From Clostridiales bacterium CCNA10 (GTDB lineage Bacteria > Verrucomicrobiota > Kiritimatiellia > RFP12 > UBA1067), in NCBI GenBank assembly GCA_963618935.1, contig CAVEVC010000075.1, positions 1 through 41,532 of the forward strand: a stretch of DNA of 41,532 nt. The letters are read 5' to 3'. The notes under the pieces were generated by a model, which saw nothing but the letters and a program-made list of their open reading frames with translations, was not told the origin of the DNA and did not search any database. A program made the position numbers and the translations under genes. Position 1 is the first letter of the stretch, and each line of letters begins with the position of its first letter. Shown one piece after another: positions 22,225 to 31,300 of this stretch.

Positions 22225-24294
22225 ATGCGGAAGACGCTGCTGTGGTGCGGGGTGTTCGCGGCGCTGGCGTGCGCGGCGGACGTGGCGTATGTGGACGAGT
22301 TCGACCTTGCGGGGGCGAGCTGCGGGATGGGGCTTTCCGCGCGGGCGCGCACGTCCGTCTGCGGCAGCCCGATCCGCCTCGGCGAGGGCCGCTACGAGCG
22401 CGGCGTGGGCGTGCGCCCGGAAAGCGCGATCGGCTTCGCGCTCGACGGCAAGGCGACGGCGTTCGACGCCGTCGTCGGCATCGACCGCGACGCGAAGGAC
22501 GTGAAGGGCCGCACCTCCCGCCTCGCGGGCGCGATCTTCCGCGTGTGGTGCGACGGCAGGATCGCGTTCGACTCCGGGACCATCACCGAGAAGAACCCGC
22601 CGCGCCCGGTCCACGTGGACCTCGCGGGCGTGGCGGAGCTCGTCCTGGAGACGGCCTCCTTCGCGCCGTGGTGCGGGCTGGAGAGCTCGAACGCCGACTG
22701 GGCGGACGCGAAGATCACCTACGGCGGGGCGCGCCCCGCCGCCACGGGCCCCGAACGCATCGCGCAGCTCGGCATCCTCACGCCCCCGGCGCGGGAGGCG
22801 CCGCAGTTCAACGGCGCCGAGGTGTGGGGCGTGCGGCCCGGCCGCCCTGTCATCTTCCGCGTGCCCGTCTCCGGCGTCCGGCCGATGGCGTTCACGGCGG
22901 AGGGCGTCCCCGCCGGCGTGACGTTCGACGCGGCGAAGGGCATCCTCGGCGGCACGGCGCCCGCGCAGGCCGGCGACTACCCGATCCGCGTCACGGCCGC
23001 GAACGCGAAGGGGACGGCGAGCCGCACGATCACGCTCAAGGTGGGCGAGACGATCTGCCTTACGCCCCCGATGGGCTGGAACAGCTGGAACATCTGGGGC
23101 GACGCCTTCACGATGCAGCACGCGATGGACGCCGCGAAGGCGATGGACGAAAGCGGCCTCGGCGACCACGGCTGGGCCTACATCAACCTCGACGACTGGT
23201 GGGAGATGAACAACAGCGGCAACGACCGCGCGAAGAAGCGCCCGGACGTGCAGGGCCCCGCCCGCGACGCGGACGGGCGCATCCGCACGAACGGCGCCTT
23301 CCCGGACATGAAGAAGATGACGGACTACATCCACGCGCTCGGCTTCAAGGCGGGCATCTACTCCTCCCCCGGCCCGCTCACGTGCGGCGACTGCGAGGGC
23401 AGCTACGGGCATGAGATGCAGGACGCCACGAGCTACGCCGAGTGGGGCTTCGACTACCTCAAGTACGACTGGTGCTCCTACGGCGAGATCTTCCAGAAGG
23501 AGACCGGCTGGAACACCTGGGAGTGGATGGGCGGCGGCCGCGTGGGCCACAACCCGAAGAACAAGCCCGTTCCGCCCCGCGAGGCATGGGCGAAGCCCTA
23601 CCGCCTGATGCAGAAGTGCCTGCGCGCGCAGAACCGCGACATCGTCTACGCCTACTGCCAGTACGGATGCGGCGAGACGGAGAAGTGGGGCCGCGAGGCG
23701 GGCGCGAACGTGTGGCGCATCTGGCAGGACATGAAGGACACCTGGACCTGGATGCGCGTCGCGATGGAGGGCTACGTGAAGGACGCCGAATACTACAAGT
23801 ACACGGGCCCGGGCTTCTGGGCCGACCCCGACATGATGATCGTCGGCCTCCAGCGCTCCTTCGGCACGACGCACCCCACCTACCTCACGCGCAACGAGCA
23901 GTACGCGCACGTCTCCATGTGGTGCCTCCTCGCCTCCCCGCTCCTCATCGGCACGGACCTCACGCGGCTCGACGCCTTCACGAAGTCGCTCCTCGTGAAC
24001 GACGAGCTCATCGCGATCAACCAGGACACGCTCGGCAGGCAGGCGCGGCGCGTCGTGAAGCGCGACGCGGTGGAGGCGTGGGTGCGCCCGCTCGCGAACG
24101 GCGACTACGCCGTGGGCGTGCTGAACCTCTACCCGCTCTCGCGCAGGACGACGCTCTACTTCAGCTGGCTTGACCTCGACGGCGAGTGGATGCTGCGCGA
24201 CTGCTGGAGCCAGCGCGACCTCGGCCGCTTCTCGTGCTGCTACACGGCCGAGATCCCCGCCCATGCCGCGCTCGTCCTGAGGATGTCCCGGTGA
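22225..24294 (+). CDS. secreted GH27 alpha-galactosidase with an NPCBM-like carbohydrate-binding N-terminus and an Ig-like domain
   Basis: The track ORF 21175-24294 was trimmed to the ATG at 22225, which has a GGAGGAG Shine-Dalgarno. Signal peptide: MRKTLLWCGVFAALACA. The GH27 core includes PPMGWNSWN, the nucleophile context YLKYDWC and the acid/base context WADPDMM. The N-terminal roughly 180 aa resemble NPCBM modules and are followed by a putative Ig domain (GVPAGVTFDAAKGILGGTAP). Confidence 0.85.
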   Translation: MRKTLLWCGVFAALACAADVAYVDEFDLAGASCGMGLSARARTSVCGSPIRLGEGRYERGVGVRPESAIGFALDGKATAFDAVVGIDRDAKDVKGRTSRLAGAIFRVWCDGRIAFDSGTITEKNPPRPVHVDLAGVAELVLETASFAPWCGLESSNADWADAKITYGGARPAATGPERIAQLGILTPPAREAPQFNGAEVWGVRPGRPVIFRVPVSGVRPMAFTAEGVPAGVTFDAAKGILGGTAPAQAGDYPIRVTAANAKGTASRTITLKVGETICLTPPMGWNSWNIWGDAFTMQHAMDAAKAMDESGLGDHGWAYINLDDWWEMNNSGNDRAKKRPDVQGPARDADGRIRTNGAFPDMKKMTDYIHALGFKAGIYSSPGPLTCGDCEGSYGHEMQDATSYAEWGFDYLKYDWCSYGEIFQKETGWNTWEWMGGGRVGHNPKNKPVPPREAWAKPYRLMQKCLRAQNRDIVYAYCQYGCGETEKWGREAGANVWRIWQDMKDTWTWMRVAMEGYVKDAEYYKYTGPGFWADPDMMIVGLQRSFGTTHPTYLTRNEQYAHVSMWCLLASPLLIGTDLTRLDAFTKSLLVNDELIAINQDTLGRQARRVVKRDAVEAWVRPLANGDYAVGVLNLYPLSRRTTLYFSWLDLDGEWMLRDCWSQRDLGRFSCCYTAEIPAHAALVLRMSR

Positions 24295-25532
24295 GGGGCG
24301 CCTACAAGTGGTTTCTTCTGGCGCTCCTGTCGTGCGCCTTCTTCTTCCACCAGGCCGACCGCGCGCTCTTCGGCCTCCTGACGATCCCGATCCAGGCCGA
24401 CCTGAAGCTGACGGACGTCCAGATCGGGTGGATCAACACGACCCTCAGCTGGACGCTCGCCGCGATGACGGTCGTGGCGGGCTTCCTCGGCGATCGCTTC
24501 TCTCGGAAGTGGATCATCACCTGCTCGCTCATCGCCTGGTCGCTCATGACGGTGTGCATGGGCTTCATCGGCGGCTTCGCGGGGGCGCTCTTCTTCCGCT
24601 CCATCGCGACGGGCGTGGGGGAGAGCTTCTACGCGCCGAGCGCCTACGCGCTCATCGCCGTCCACCACACGAAGACGCGCAGCCTCGCGCTCTCGATCCA
24701 CCAGGCCGCGCTCTACATCGGCCTGATGGCGTCGGGCCTGATCGTCGCCTGGGCGCTCGGGTTCCTCGGCAGCTGGCGGCACGTGTTCGTCGCCTTCGGC
24801 GCCGCCGGGGCCCTGCTCGGCGTGTTCTTCGTCTGGGGCCTGCGGGAGGGCGGGGGCCGGCCCGCGCCGCGCCCCGCCGCGCCGCCCGCGCGCGAGCCTC
24901 TGGCGGCGGGCCTGCGGGCCTACTTCTGCAACCCGTCCGCGCTCTGCGCGACGGCGGGCTTCGTCGCGATCGTCTTCGTGAACAACGCCTACCTCTTCTG
25001 GGCGCCGAAGTTCGCGGCGCAGAAGTTCGCCCTCGACGTCGGCCTGGCCGGGAAGGGCGTGATGCTGTGGCACCATCTGCTCGCGTTCGGCGCGATCCTG
25101 CTGGGCGGCGCCGTGACGGACCGCTTCGTCGCGCGGATGCCGCGCTTCCGCCTCGGCTTCCAGATCCTCGCGCTCGCCCTGGGCGCGCCGATGCTCGTGT
25201 GGATCGGGCTCGCGCCGTCCTTCACGGCGATGCTCGCCGCGGCGGCGGCCTACGGCGTCTTCCGCGGGTTCTTCGAGGTGAACACGCACGCCTCGCTCTT
25301 CGACGTCATCGCGCCGAAGTACCGCTCGACGGCGGTGGGCCTCCTCAACATGATCGCGTTCTTCTTCGGCGGGCTCTCCGGCGTCGTGATGGGGTGGCTC
25401 GCGCAGAAGTGGGGCGTGCGCGGGTTCGAGGTCGGCTTCGGCCTCATGGCGGCGAGCTACGCGCTCGCGGCCGTCCTGATGCTCGTCTCCTTCCTCTTCA
25501 CCTTCCGCCGCAACCGCGTCGTGGAGGGGTGA
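24291..25532 (+). CDS. MFS transporter
   Basis: The track ORF 24186-25532 was trimmed to the GTG at 24291, which overlaps the GH27 stop (GTGA). It is 413 aa, has about 12 hydrophobic helices and an Ala/Pro/Arg-rich central loop. Confidence 0.8.
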   Translation: MRGAYKWFLLALLSCAFFFHQADRALFGLLTIPIQADLKLTDVQIGWINTTLSWTLAAMTVVAGFLGDRFSRKWIITCSLIAWSLMTVCMGFIGGFAGALFFRSIATGVGESFYAPSAYALIAVHHTKTRSLALSIHQAALYIGLMASGLIVAWALGFLGSWRHVFVAFGAAGALLGVFFVWGLREGGGRPAPRPAAPPAREPLAAGLRAYFCNPSALCATAGFVAIVFVNNAYLFWAPKFAAQKFALDVGLAGKGVMLWHHLLAFGAILLGGAVTDRFVARMPRFRLGFQILALALGAPMLVWIGLAPSFTAMLAAAAAYGVFRGFFEVNTHASLFDVIAPKYRSTAVGLLNMIAFFFGGLSGVVMGWLAQKWGVRGFEVGFGLMAASYALAAVLMLVSFLFTFRRNRVVEG

Positions 25533-25540
25533 GGGGACGC

Positions 25541-25578
25541 GGCACGCGAAGTACCCGCGCCGCCCTCGGCGCGTGGCG
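25541..25578 (+). repeat. REP-like repeat, family 1, copy B
   Basis: The sequence is ggcacgcgaaGTACCCGCGCCGCCCTCGGCGCGTGGCG. It sits between the convergent stops of the MFS gene (25532) and the outer-membrane gene (25592). Confidence 0.85.
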
Positions 25579-25591
25579 CTGCGGGAGCGCG

Positions 25592-27040
25592 CTAGAACGT
25601 GAAGTTGAGCTCCCAGCGGAGGAAGTAGGCGGGGCGGGAGGAGTCGTAGTAGTCGCCGGGGTTGAAGACCTCCGCGAGGAGGTGGCCGAAGATCTCGAAG
25701 AGGTCCGCGCCCCTGGCGCCCTTCGGCGCGAGGCGGAGCGGGAAGTCGTAGCGCACGACGGAGAGGACGCCCTTGAACAGGCTGCCGCCGGAGCCGTCGG
25801 CGTGGCCGAGGCGGTCCTGCACCGCCGCCCACATGGGCCCGGAATAGGCGCAGAGCGCGTGGCGCGCGCCGAGGTCCGCGCCGACCGTGAGCTTCGTGTA
25901 GAGCATGTTGCTCCAGTAGCCGAGCGCGTAGAGGGTGCCGTACTGCACGAGCTCGGAATCCTGCGGCGCGCGCGCCCACATCGGGTCCCAGGCCGTGTCG
26001 CCGTCCTGGGCGCCCGTGCGGCGGCGGTCGCCGGAGAGGTAGTAGGCGGAAAGGCGCGTGTAGGGGCGGACGCCGGCGTAGGACTTCGCCTTGTGGACGT
26101 CGAGGGCGGCGTAGGCCATCGCGCCGCCGGCCTGGGCGCCGTTCGAGCGGGCGCCGAACTGCTGGGCGGCGTCGAGGTCGAAGGAGAGGTTGTCGGTCAC
26201 GTCGGGCCGGACGCGCGCGCCGACGGTCGTGATCTGCTTGTCGGGGACGCGCGCGCCGCCTGGGGCCGTGTAGGCTTCGGCGTGCTTGTGGAGGACGTAG
26301 AGCTGGTAGGGGAGGCGCCCGGCGAGCAGCGTGTCGTGCCAGACGAGGCCGCCGCCCCACTCGTCCATGTCGGGGGAGTCGCCGGGGTGGAGGGCGGTGA
26401 GGGGGCGCCCGCGCGAGAGGCGGTTGCCCCAGCGGATGTCGTTGCGGCTGTTGTCGTAGAGCGCGAAGGCGTCGAGCTTCGAGGTGTCGGAGGCGTGGAA
26501 GGTGAGGCGCACCATGTCCGCGAAGCAGGAGCGTGAGCCGTCGGCGGGGGTGCCGTCCTGGAGGACGCGGTCGAGCCCGAAGACGGAGCGGCCGCGCTCC
26601 AGAAGGTCCTGGCGCCCGATGCGCAGGTCGAAGAGGCCGTCGAAGAGGCCGCGCCCCTCCAGGTAGAGGTTGTCGAGCGCCACTTCGTCGGGGAAGGTGT
26701 AGCTGCGGTTCCTGCGCTTGACGCCGTTCTTGACGGGGTACTCGCGCATCTCGTCGACGAGGCGCCCGTAGAGGGTGAAACGGTCGGCGTCGAGGCGGGC
26801 CCACGCGCGGGGACGGTAGCGGATGTGGTTCTGCAGCTCCTTGTAGGCGCGCGGCAGCACGGCGCCGGGCGCGCCGGGAAGCCCGGGCACGTTGTGCATG
26901 ATCTCCTGGCGGACGCGCAGGTCTGCCCCCGCGTCGAAGGCGAGGGCGGACGCCTCCGCCGCCGTCCCCAAGGGGACGGCGTTCGTTTCGGCACGGCAGG
27001 CGAATGCGACGGCGAGAACGGCGGCGACTCCTGTTTTCAT
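25592..27040 (-). CDS. putative outer-membrane beta-barrel protein (porin or export-channel like)
   Basis: The track ORF 25592-27241 was trimmed to the ATG at 27040 (MKTGVAAVLAVAFACRAETNAV, a signal peptide). It has alternating beta-strand-like sequence rich in Y/G/D/R and a C-terminal ...WELNFTF with terminal Phe, typical of beta-barrel outer-membrane proteins. The family is not identified. Confidence 0.65.
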   Translation of the reverse strand: MKTGVAAVLAVAFACRAETNAVPLGTAAEASALAFDAGADLRVRQEIMHNVPGLPGAPGAVLPRAYKELQNHIRYRPRAWARLDADRFTLYGRLVDEMREYPVKNGVKRRNRSYTFPDEVALDNLYLEGRGLFDGLFDLRIGRQDLLERGRSVFGLDRVLQDGTPADGSRSCFADMVRLTFHASDTSKLDAFALYDNSRNDIRWGNRLSRGRPLTALHPGDSPDMDEWGGGLVWHDTLLAGRLPYQLYVLHKHAEAYTAPGGARVPDKQITTVGARVRPDVTDNLSFDLDAAQQFGARSNGAQAGGAMAYAALDVHKAKSYAGVRPYTRLSAYYLSGDRRRTGAQDGDTAWDPMWARAPQDSELVQYGTLYALGYWSNMLYTKLTVGADLGARHALCAYSGPMWAAVQDRLGHADGSGGSLFKGVLSVVRYDFPLRLAPKGARGADLFEIFGHLLAEVFNPGDYYDSSRPAYFLRWELNFTF

Positions 27041-27047
27041 GCGGGAT

Positions 27048-27056
27048 AGTCTACCA
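27048..27056 (-). promoter_or_regulatory. extended -10 box TGGTAGACT, 7 nt upstream of the outer-membrane gene ATG (probable leaderless transcript)
   Basis: The minus strand reads ttttttGGTAGACTatcccgcATG. There is no Shine-Dalgarno between the box and the ATG. Confidence 0.4.
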
Positions 27057-27134
27057 AAAAATCGCCCCTCGGACGTCGCGCGGGGAAGCAGGATGGGGGG
27101 CGGACGCAATGAATTGCGTCCCTCCCATTGACTC

Positions 27135-27172
27135 GGCACGCAAAGTACCCGCGCCGCCCTCGGCGCGTGGCG
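27135..27172 (+). repeat. REP-like repeat, family 1, copy C
   Basis: The sequence is ggcacgcaaaGTACCCGCGCCGCCCTCGGCGCGTGGCG. It is the left arm of an inverted pair with copy D. Confidence 0.85.
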
Positions 27173-27188
27173 TCCCACAGCGGCACGG

Positions 27189-27212
27189 GGGAGGGTCGCG
27201 CTTGTCGCGACC
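27189..27212 (+). repeat. hairpin repeat, family 2 (GGGAGGGTCGCG-N5-CGCGACC), copy 2
   Basis: The sequence is gggagggtcgcg cttgt cgcgacc. It is near-identical to 41-65 and is followed by a second small hairpin, gggcgg-agggac-ccgccc. Confidence 0.7.
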
Positions 27213-27235
27213 GGGCGGAGGGACCCGCCCCGCAG

Positions 27236-27273
27236 CGCCACGCGCCGAGGGCGGCGCGGGTACTTCGCGTGCC
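27236..27273 (-). repeat. REP-like repeat, family 1, copy D (inverted orientation)
   Basis: The sequence cgccacgcgccgagggcggcgcgggtacttcgcgtgcc is the reverse complement of the family-1 consensus. Copies C and D could form a long hairpin enclosing the family-2 element. Confidence 0.85.
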
Positions 27274-27316
27274 GACGTCGCCAAAGGAAATTTCTCGGAA
27301 AAATCAGGATACGGGA

Positions 27317-27345
27317 TTGACCCCCCAGCGGGAGTTGGCTATACT
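27317..27345 (+). promoter_or_regulatory. near-consensus sigma70 promoter upstream of the GDPD-A2M-pbpC genes
   Basis: TTGACC (27317-27322), a 17-nt spacer, then TATACT (27340-27345). The predicted transcription start is near 27352, giving a leader of about 84 nt that is AT-rich and pyrimidine-rich. Confidence 0.6.
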
Positions 27346-27435
27346 ACGGCGCAGAAGCGGGGTTCGGATTTCTGTCCGTCCGCAACCTCCTTCTCCTCCT
27401 TTTAATTAAACTAATCTTAGCGAAAGTGTGTAGAA

Positions 27436-28377
27436 ATGCGTAGATTGCTGTTTGCCGGATTTTTCCTGTTCACAGGCGCCGTCCTTGCCGGTCCGCGCGA
27501 GGACGGTCTCTTCATCTCCCACGTCCATCGCGGCGGCGGCGCGCGGGAGCGCCCGGACAACACGCTGGAGACGTTCCTCTGGTGCTGGGGAAACGGCTCG
27601 GCGATTGAATGCGACTGCCGCTGCACGGCCGACGGCGTGGGGATCATGTTCCACGACAACGACCTGCGCCGCACGCCGCGCGGCATCCCGGCGGACTGGA
27701 AGGCGCGGCAGATCGGCAAGATGACGTGGGCGGAGATCCGCGACATCGACGTGGGCAGCTATCTGGACGCGCGCTACGCCTCCGAGCGCATCCCCACCAT
27801 CGAGGCCGTGATGGCGGCCATGAAGGGCCGCCCCTCCTATCTGCTCTTCGTGGACGAGAAGGGGGCCGGGCCCGCGCGCATCGCCGCCGAGGCGAAGAAG
27901 TTCGGCGTGGTCGACCAGGTCTACTACACGGGCTGCAGCTACCCGAACATCGTCAAGTGGAACGAGGCCGTGCCCGGCGGCAAGTCGCTCCTCTGGATCG
28001 GCAAGTTCCCCCGTTTCCAGGAGCGCTTCGACCCGGCCAGGCGCGCGGAGATGTCCGCCGCCACGCGCGCGCACTTCGAGGCGCGCATGGACGAGCTGCG
28101 CCGGCACGGCTTCAAGCACGTGACGGCCGTTTCGCTGCACACCTACTGGAACCCGAAGGACCCCGTCGATCCGTTCATCCTCGGCACGGACTACCTAAAG
28201 AAGCTGGTCGACGAGTTCCACGCGCACGGGGTGAAGGTGTGCTCGATCCCCTTCGAGGGAGGCGAGACCGAGGCGGTGTACCACAGGCTGTGGGAGCTGG
28301 GGTGCGACGGGTTCTCGACGGACTACCCGTCCGTCATGTTCAAGGTCATCCGCGATCTCAAGGCCGCGGCGAAATGA
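27436..28377 (+). CDS. secreted glycerophosphodiester phosphodiesterase (GDPD) family protein
   Basis: 313 aa. Signal peptide: MRRLLFAGFFLFTGAVLAGP. GDPD signature: HRGGGARERPDNTLETF..IECDCRCTADGVGIMFHD. Confidence 0.8.
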   Translation: MRRLLFAGFFLFTGAVLAGPREDGLFISHVHRGGGARERPDNTLETFLWCWGNGSAIECDCRCTADGVGIMFHDNDLRRTPRGIPADWKARQIGKMTWAEIRDIDVGSYLDARYASERIPTIEAVMAAMKGRPSYLLFVDEKGAGPARIAAEAKKFGVVDQVYYTGCSYPNIVKWNEAVPGGKSLLWIGKFPRFQERFDPARRAEMSAATRAHFEARMDELRRHGFKHVTAVSLHTYWNPKDPVDPFILGTDYLKKLVDEFHAHGVKVCSIPFEGGETEAVYHRLWELGCDGFSTDYPSVMFKVIRDLKAAAK

Positions 28378-31300
28378 GGGGGGAGGATGCCGTGAAGACG
28401 TTCTGTCGGTTTGCCGCCCTGGCGGCCTTGGTTTTGGCGGGAGGATGCGGCGACCGCGCCGGAGACGGGCAGCCGGGCGGCGCGCCGCCCCCGGCGGCGG
28501 CCACGAATTCCCTCCCGGCGGCGGTCACGAATCCCGTCCCGCCGGCGGCCGCGTCCCCGCAGGAGGCCCCCGCGCAGGAGAAGCCCGCGCAGCAGGGGAA
28601 GCCCGCGCCGAACGCGCCGAAGGAGAAGCCTACGCCCGCCGTGACGGGCTTCTCGGCGTCCGAAGGGCAGATCGAGCTGAAGTTCACGGGCCGTCCCGAC
28701 CTTGTCGCGCTGATGGACTACGTGAAGGTGACGCCGAAGCCTGGCCCGCTCACGCAGGACTGGCAGGACTGGCGCGAGGCCTGCATTCTGCGGGGCGACT
28801 TCAGGCCGCGCACGACGTACCAGATGGTCGTGCGGCCGGGCCTGCCGATGGCGGACGGGCGCGCGACGACGAACGAGTTCCGCCGCACGTGGACGACGGG
28901 GGACCGGCCGCGTTCCGTCGCGTTCGCCTCCGCCGGGCGCTACCTGCCGGCGGGCGGCCGCCGCGCCGTGGCCGTCAAGACGATGAACGTGACGAACCTG
29001 GCCTACACGATCCGGTCCGTGCCGACGCGCAACATCGTGCAGCTCCTCGCCCGCGAGGAGGACTGCTATGGCAGTTTCTACGGGGGCGGCGGCGACTCGA
29101 AGGACGCGGCGGAGCTGGCGGGCGAGCCCGTGGCGCGGACCATCCGCCTCGCCGCGCGCCTGAACGAGGAGCAGACGACCGCCCTCGACGTGCGGGGGGA
29201 GGGCGGCGCCGCCGCGAACGGCGTCTACCTGCTGGGCGTCCACGACGCGAAGGAGGCGAGCGACTGGAAGAAGGCCTGGAAGCTCGTCTGCGTGACCGAC
29301 ATCGGGCTTTTCGTGCGGGAGGCGAACGGCGCCGTCTACGTGTGGGCGACGTCGCTGACGCGCGGCGCGCCGGTCGCGGGGCTGCGCGTCCTCGTCTACG
29401 GCGCGAACAACGCCGTGCTGGGCGAGGGGCTGACGGACGCCGACGGCTGGTGCTGCTGCGAGACGCCCAAGGGCGAGACGAAGCCGTTCGCCGTCGTCGC
29501 CGCGCAGATGGACGAGTCGGACGCCTCCTTCCTCGCCCTGCGGGGCGGCCTCGACGAAACCGCCGCGCTGGGCGCGCGCCGCGCGTTCGTGAAGGAGAAG
29601 GGCAGCGAGGCCTACGTGTGGACGGAGCGCGGCATCTACCGCCACAACGAGCCCATCCTCGTCCATGCGATCCTCCGCGACGGGAAGGGCGACGCGCCGA
29701 AGCCGTTCCCCATCTCCCTCGCCCTCTTCACCCCCGACGGGAAGTGCCTGCAGCGCCGCACGCAGGTGACGGACCGCTTCGGCGTCGTCTCGCGCGCCGA
29801 CTTCTCCGTGCCGGACGACCAGCCGAGCGGGTGCTGGGAGGTCCGCGTCTCGACGCCCGGCGATGACGGCTTCCTGCTCGGCTCGCGCACGGTCCGCATC
29901 GAGGAGTTCGTGCCGCCGCAGATCCGCGTGAAGGTGACGCCGCCGGCGGAGACGCGGGCGACGACGAACCTCGTGTTCGCCGTGGCGGGCGAGCACCTCT
30001 TCGGCAGCCCCGCGAAGGGCCTGCCCGCCGAGGGGGCGGTCCTGTTCGAGGACGCCCCGTTCGCGCCGCGCGGCTGGGAGGCGTTCCGCTTCGGGGACGA
30101 GCGGCGGCGGCTGAAGCCGAACTTCACGACGCTGGAGAAGGTGTACACGGACGACGCGGGCGAGGCGCGCTTCACGGCGGCCTTCCCGCAGGGGGCGCGT
30201 CCGCGCGCCGCCGTCCGGATGGTCGTGCAGGGGAGCGTGTTCGAGAGCGGGGGGCGCCCCGCCTCCGCCCGCGCCGCGACGCTCCTCCACGCCTATCCCT
30301 ACTACATCGGCGTGGCGCTGCCGGAGACCCTCCGCGAATCGCCCGTGCCGCGCCCCTGCCGCGTCGCGCTCGTCAACCCCGACGGCACGCCGCACGTCGG
30401 CGCGCGCCGCCTCGTGGCGCAGTTCGAGCGCGTGGACAGCGTGTACGAGCTGAAGAAGACCGAATCGGGCTGCTGGGAGTGGCGCACGGAGCGCATCCGC
30501 TTCCCGCTGGGCGAGGACGTCGCGCTGGAGGTTTCCGAAAAGGGCCTCGCCACGCTCGCGGTGCCCGCCGCCGCCGGCGGCGACTTCGCCGTCACGGTGC
30601 GGGACGAGGAGACGGGCGTCTCCTTCGGCGCGGGCTACTGGGTGGGCGGCGCCGACGACTCGACCGTGCGGGCCTCCCTGGAGAACCCCTCCCGCGTCAC
30701 GCTGGCGCTGGACAGGAAGGTCTACTACCCCGGCGATCGCCCCCGCCTCACCGTGAAGGCGCCGTTCGCCGGCGTGGCATGGCTGAACGTGCTGCGCGAG
30801 GACATGGTCTACTCGCAGGTCCTCACGCTCACGAACGCGACGGGCGAAATCGTGCTCGAGCCCGTCCAGGCCGCCTGGGCGCCGGGCGTGGACGTGGCGC
30901 TCAGCGTCGTCCAGGCGTCCCGCCCCGGGCAGCGCGGCGCGGTGAACCGCGCCTTCGGCCTCGTGCCCCTGCGGGCGGCGACGCGCGACAGCGCGCTCGA
31001 CGTCCAGGTCAAGGCCCAGGTCGCCTGCGCGCCGATGGGCGGCTCCACCGTCACGGTCGACGTCGCGGCGCGCGGCGAGGGCGTCTTGGGCGAAACGGCC
31101 GTCGTCACGGTCGTGGACGAGGGGATCAACCTCCTCACGGACGAGGAAGTGCCCAATCCGGTCGACTGGTTCGGCGCCGTGCGCGCCGCCGACCACCCGC
31201 TCTGGGACGTCTACAACCGCCTGCTGCCCATTCTCGACGACCGCCTCAAGCGCGCGGGCGCGAAGACGGGCGGCGGCGCGGAAGGGGACCTCTTCCGCCG

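Noticed and set aside
27357-27385. A tRNA-like T-arm string (GGTTCGGATTT) was noticed in the GDPD leader.
   Set aside because: No acceptor stem, D-arm or anticodon arm can be drawn around it. No tRNA, rRNA or tmRNA gene was recognised anywhere in the window.
27609-28373. N-terminal extensions of track ORFs: 27609-33296 (A2M), and likewise 559-792, 4982-5560, 6300-6611, 7271-7522, 21175-22224, 24186-24290, 33065-33292, 38910-39044 and 39965-40258.
   Set aside because: The extensions overlap the preceding well-supported gene in another frame and read as Arg/Pro-rich nonsense. Each is followed by an internal start with a Shine-Dalgarno and/or a signal peptide or canonical N-terminus.
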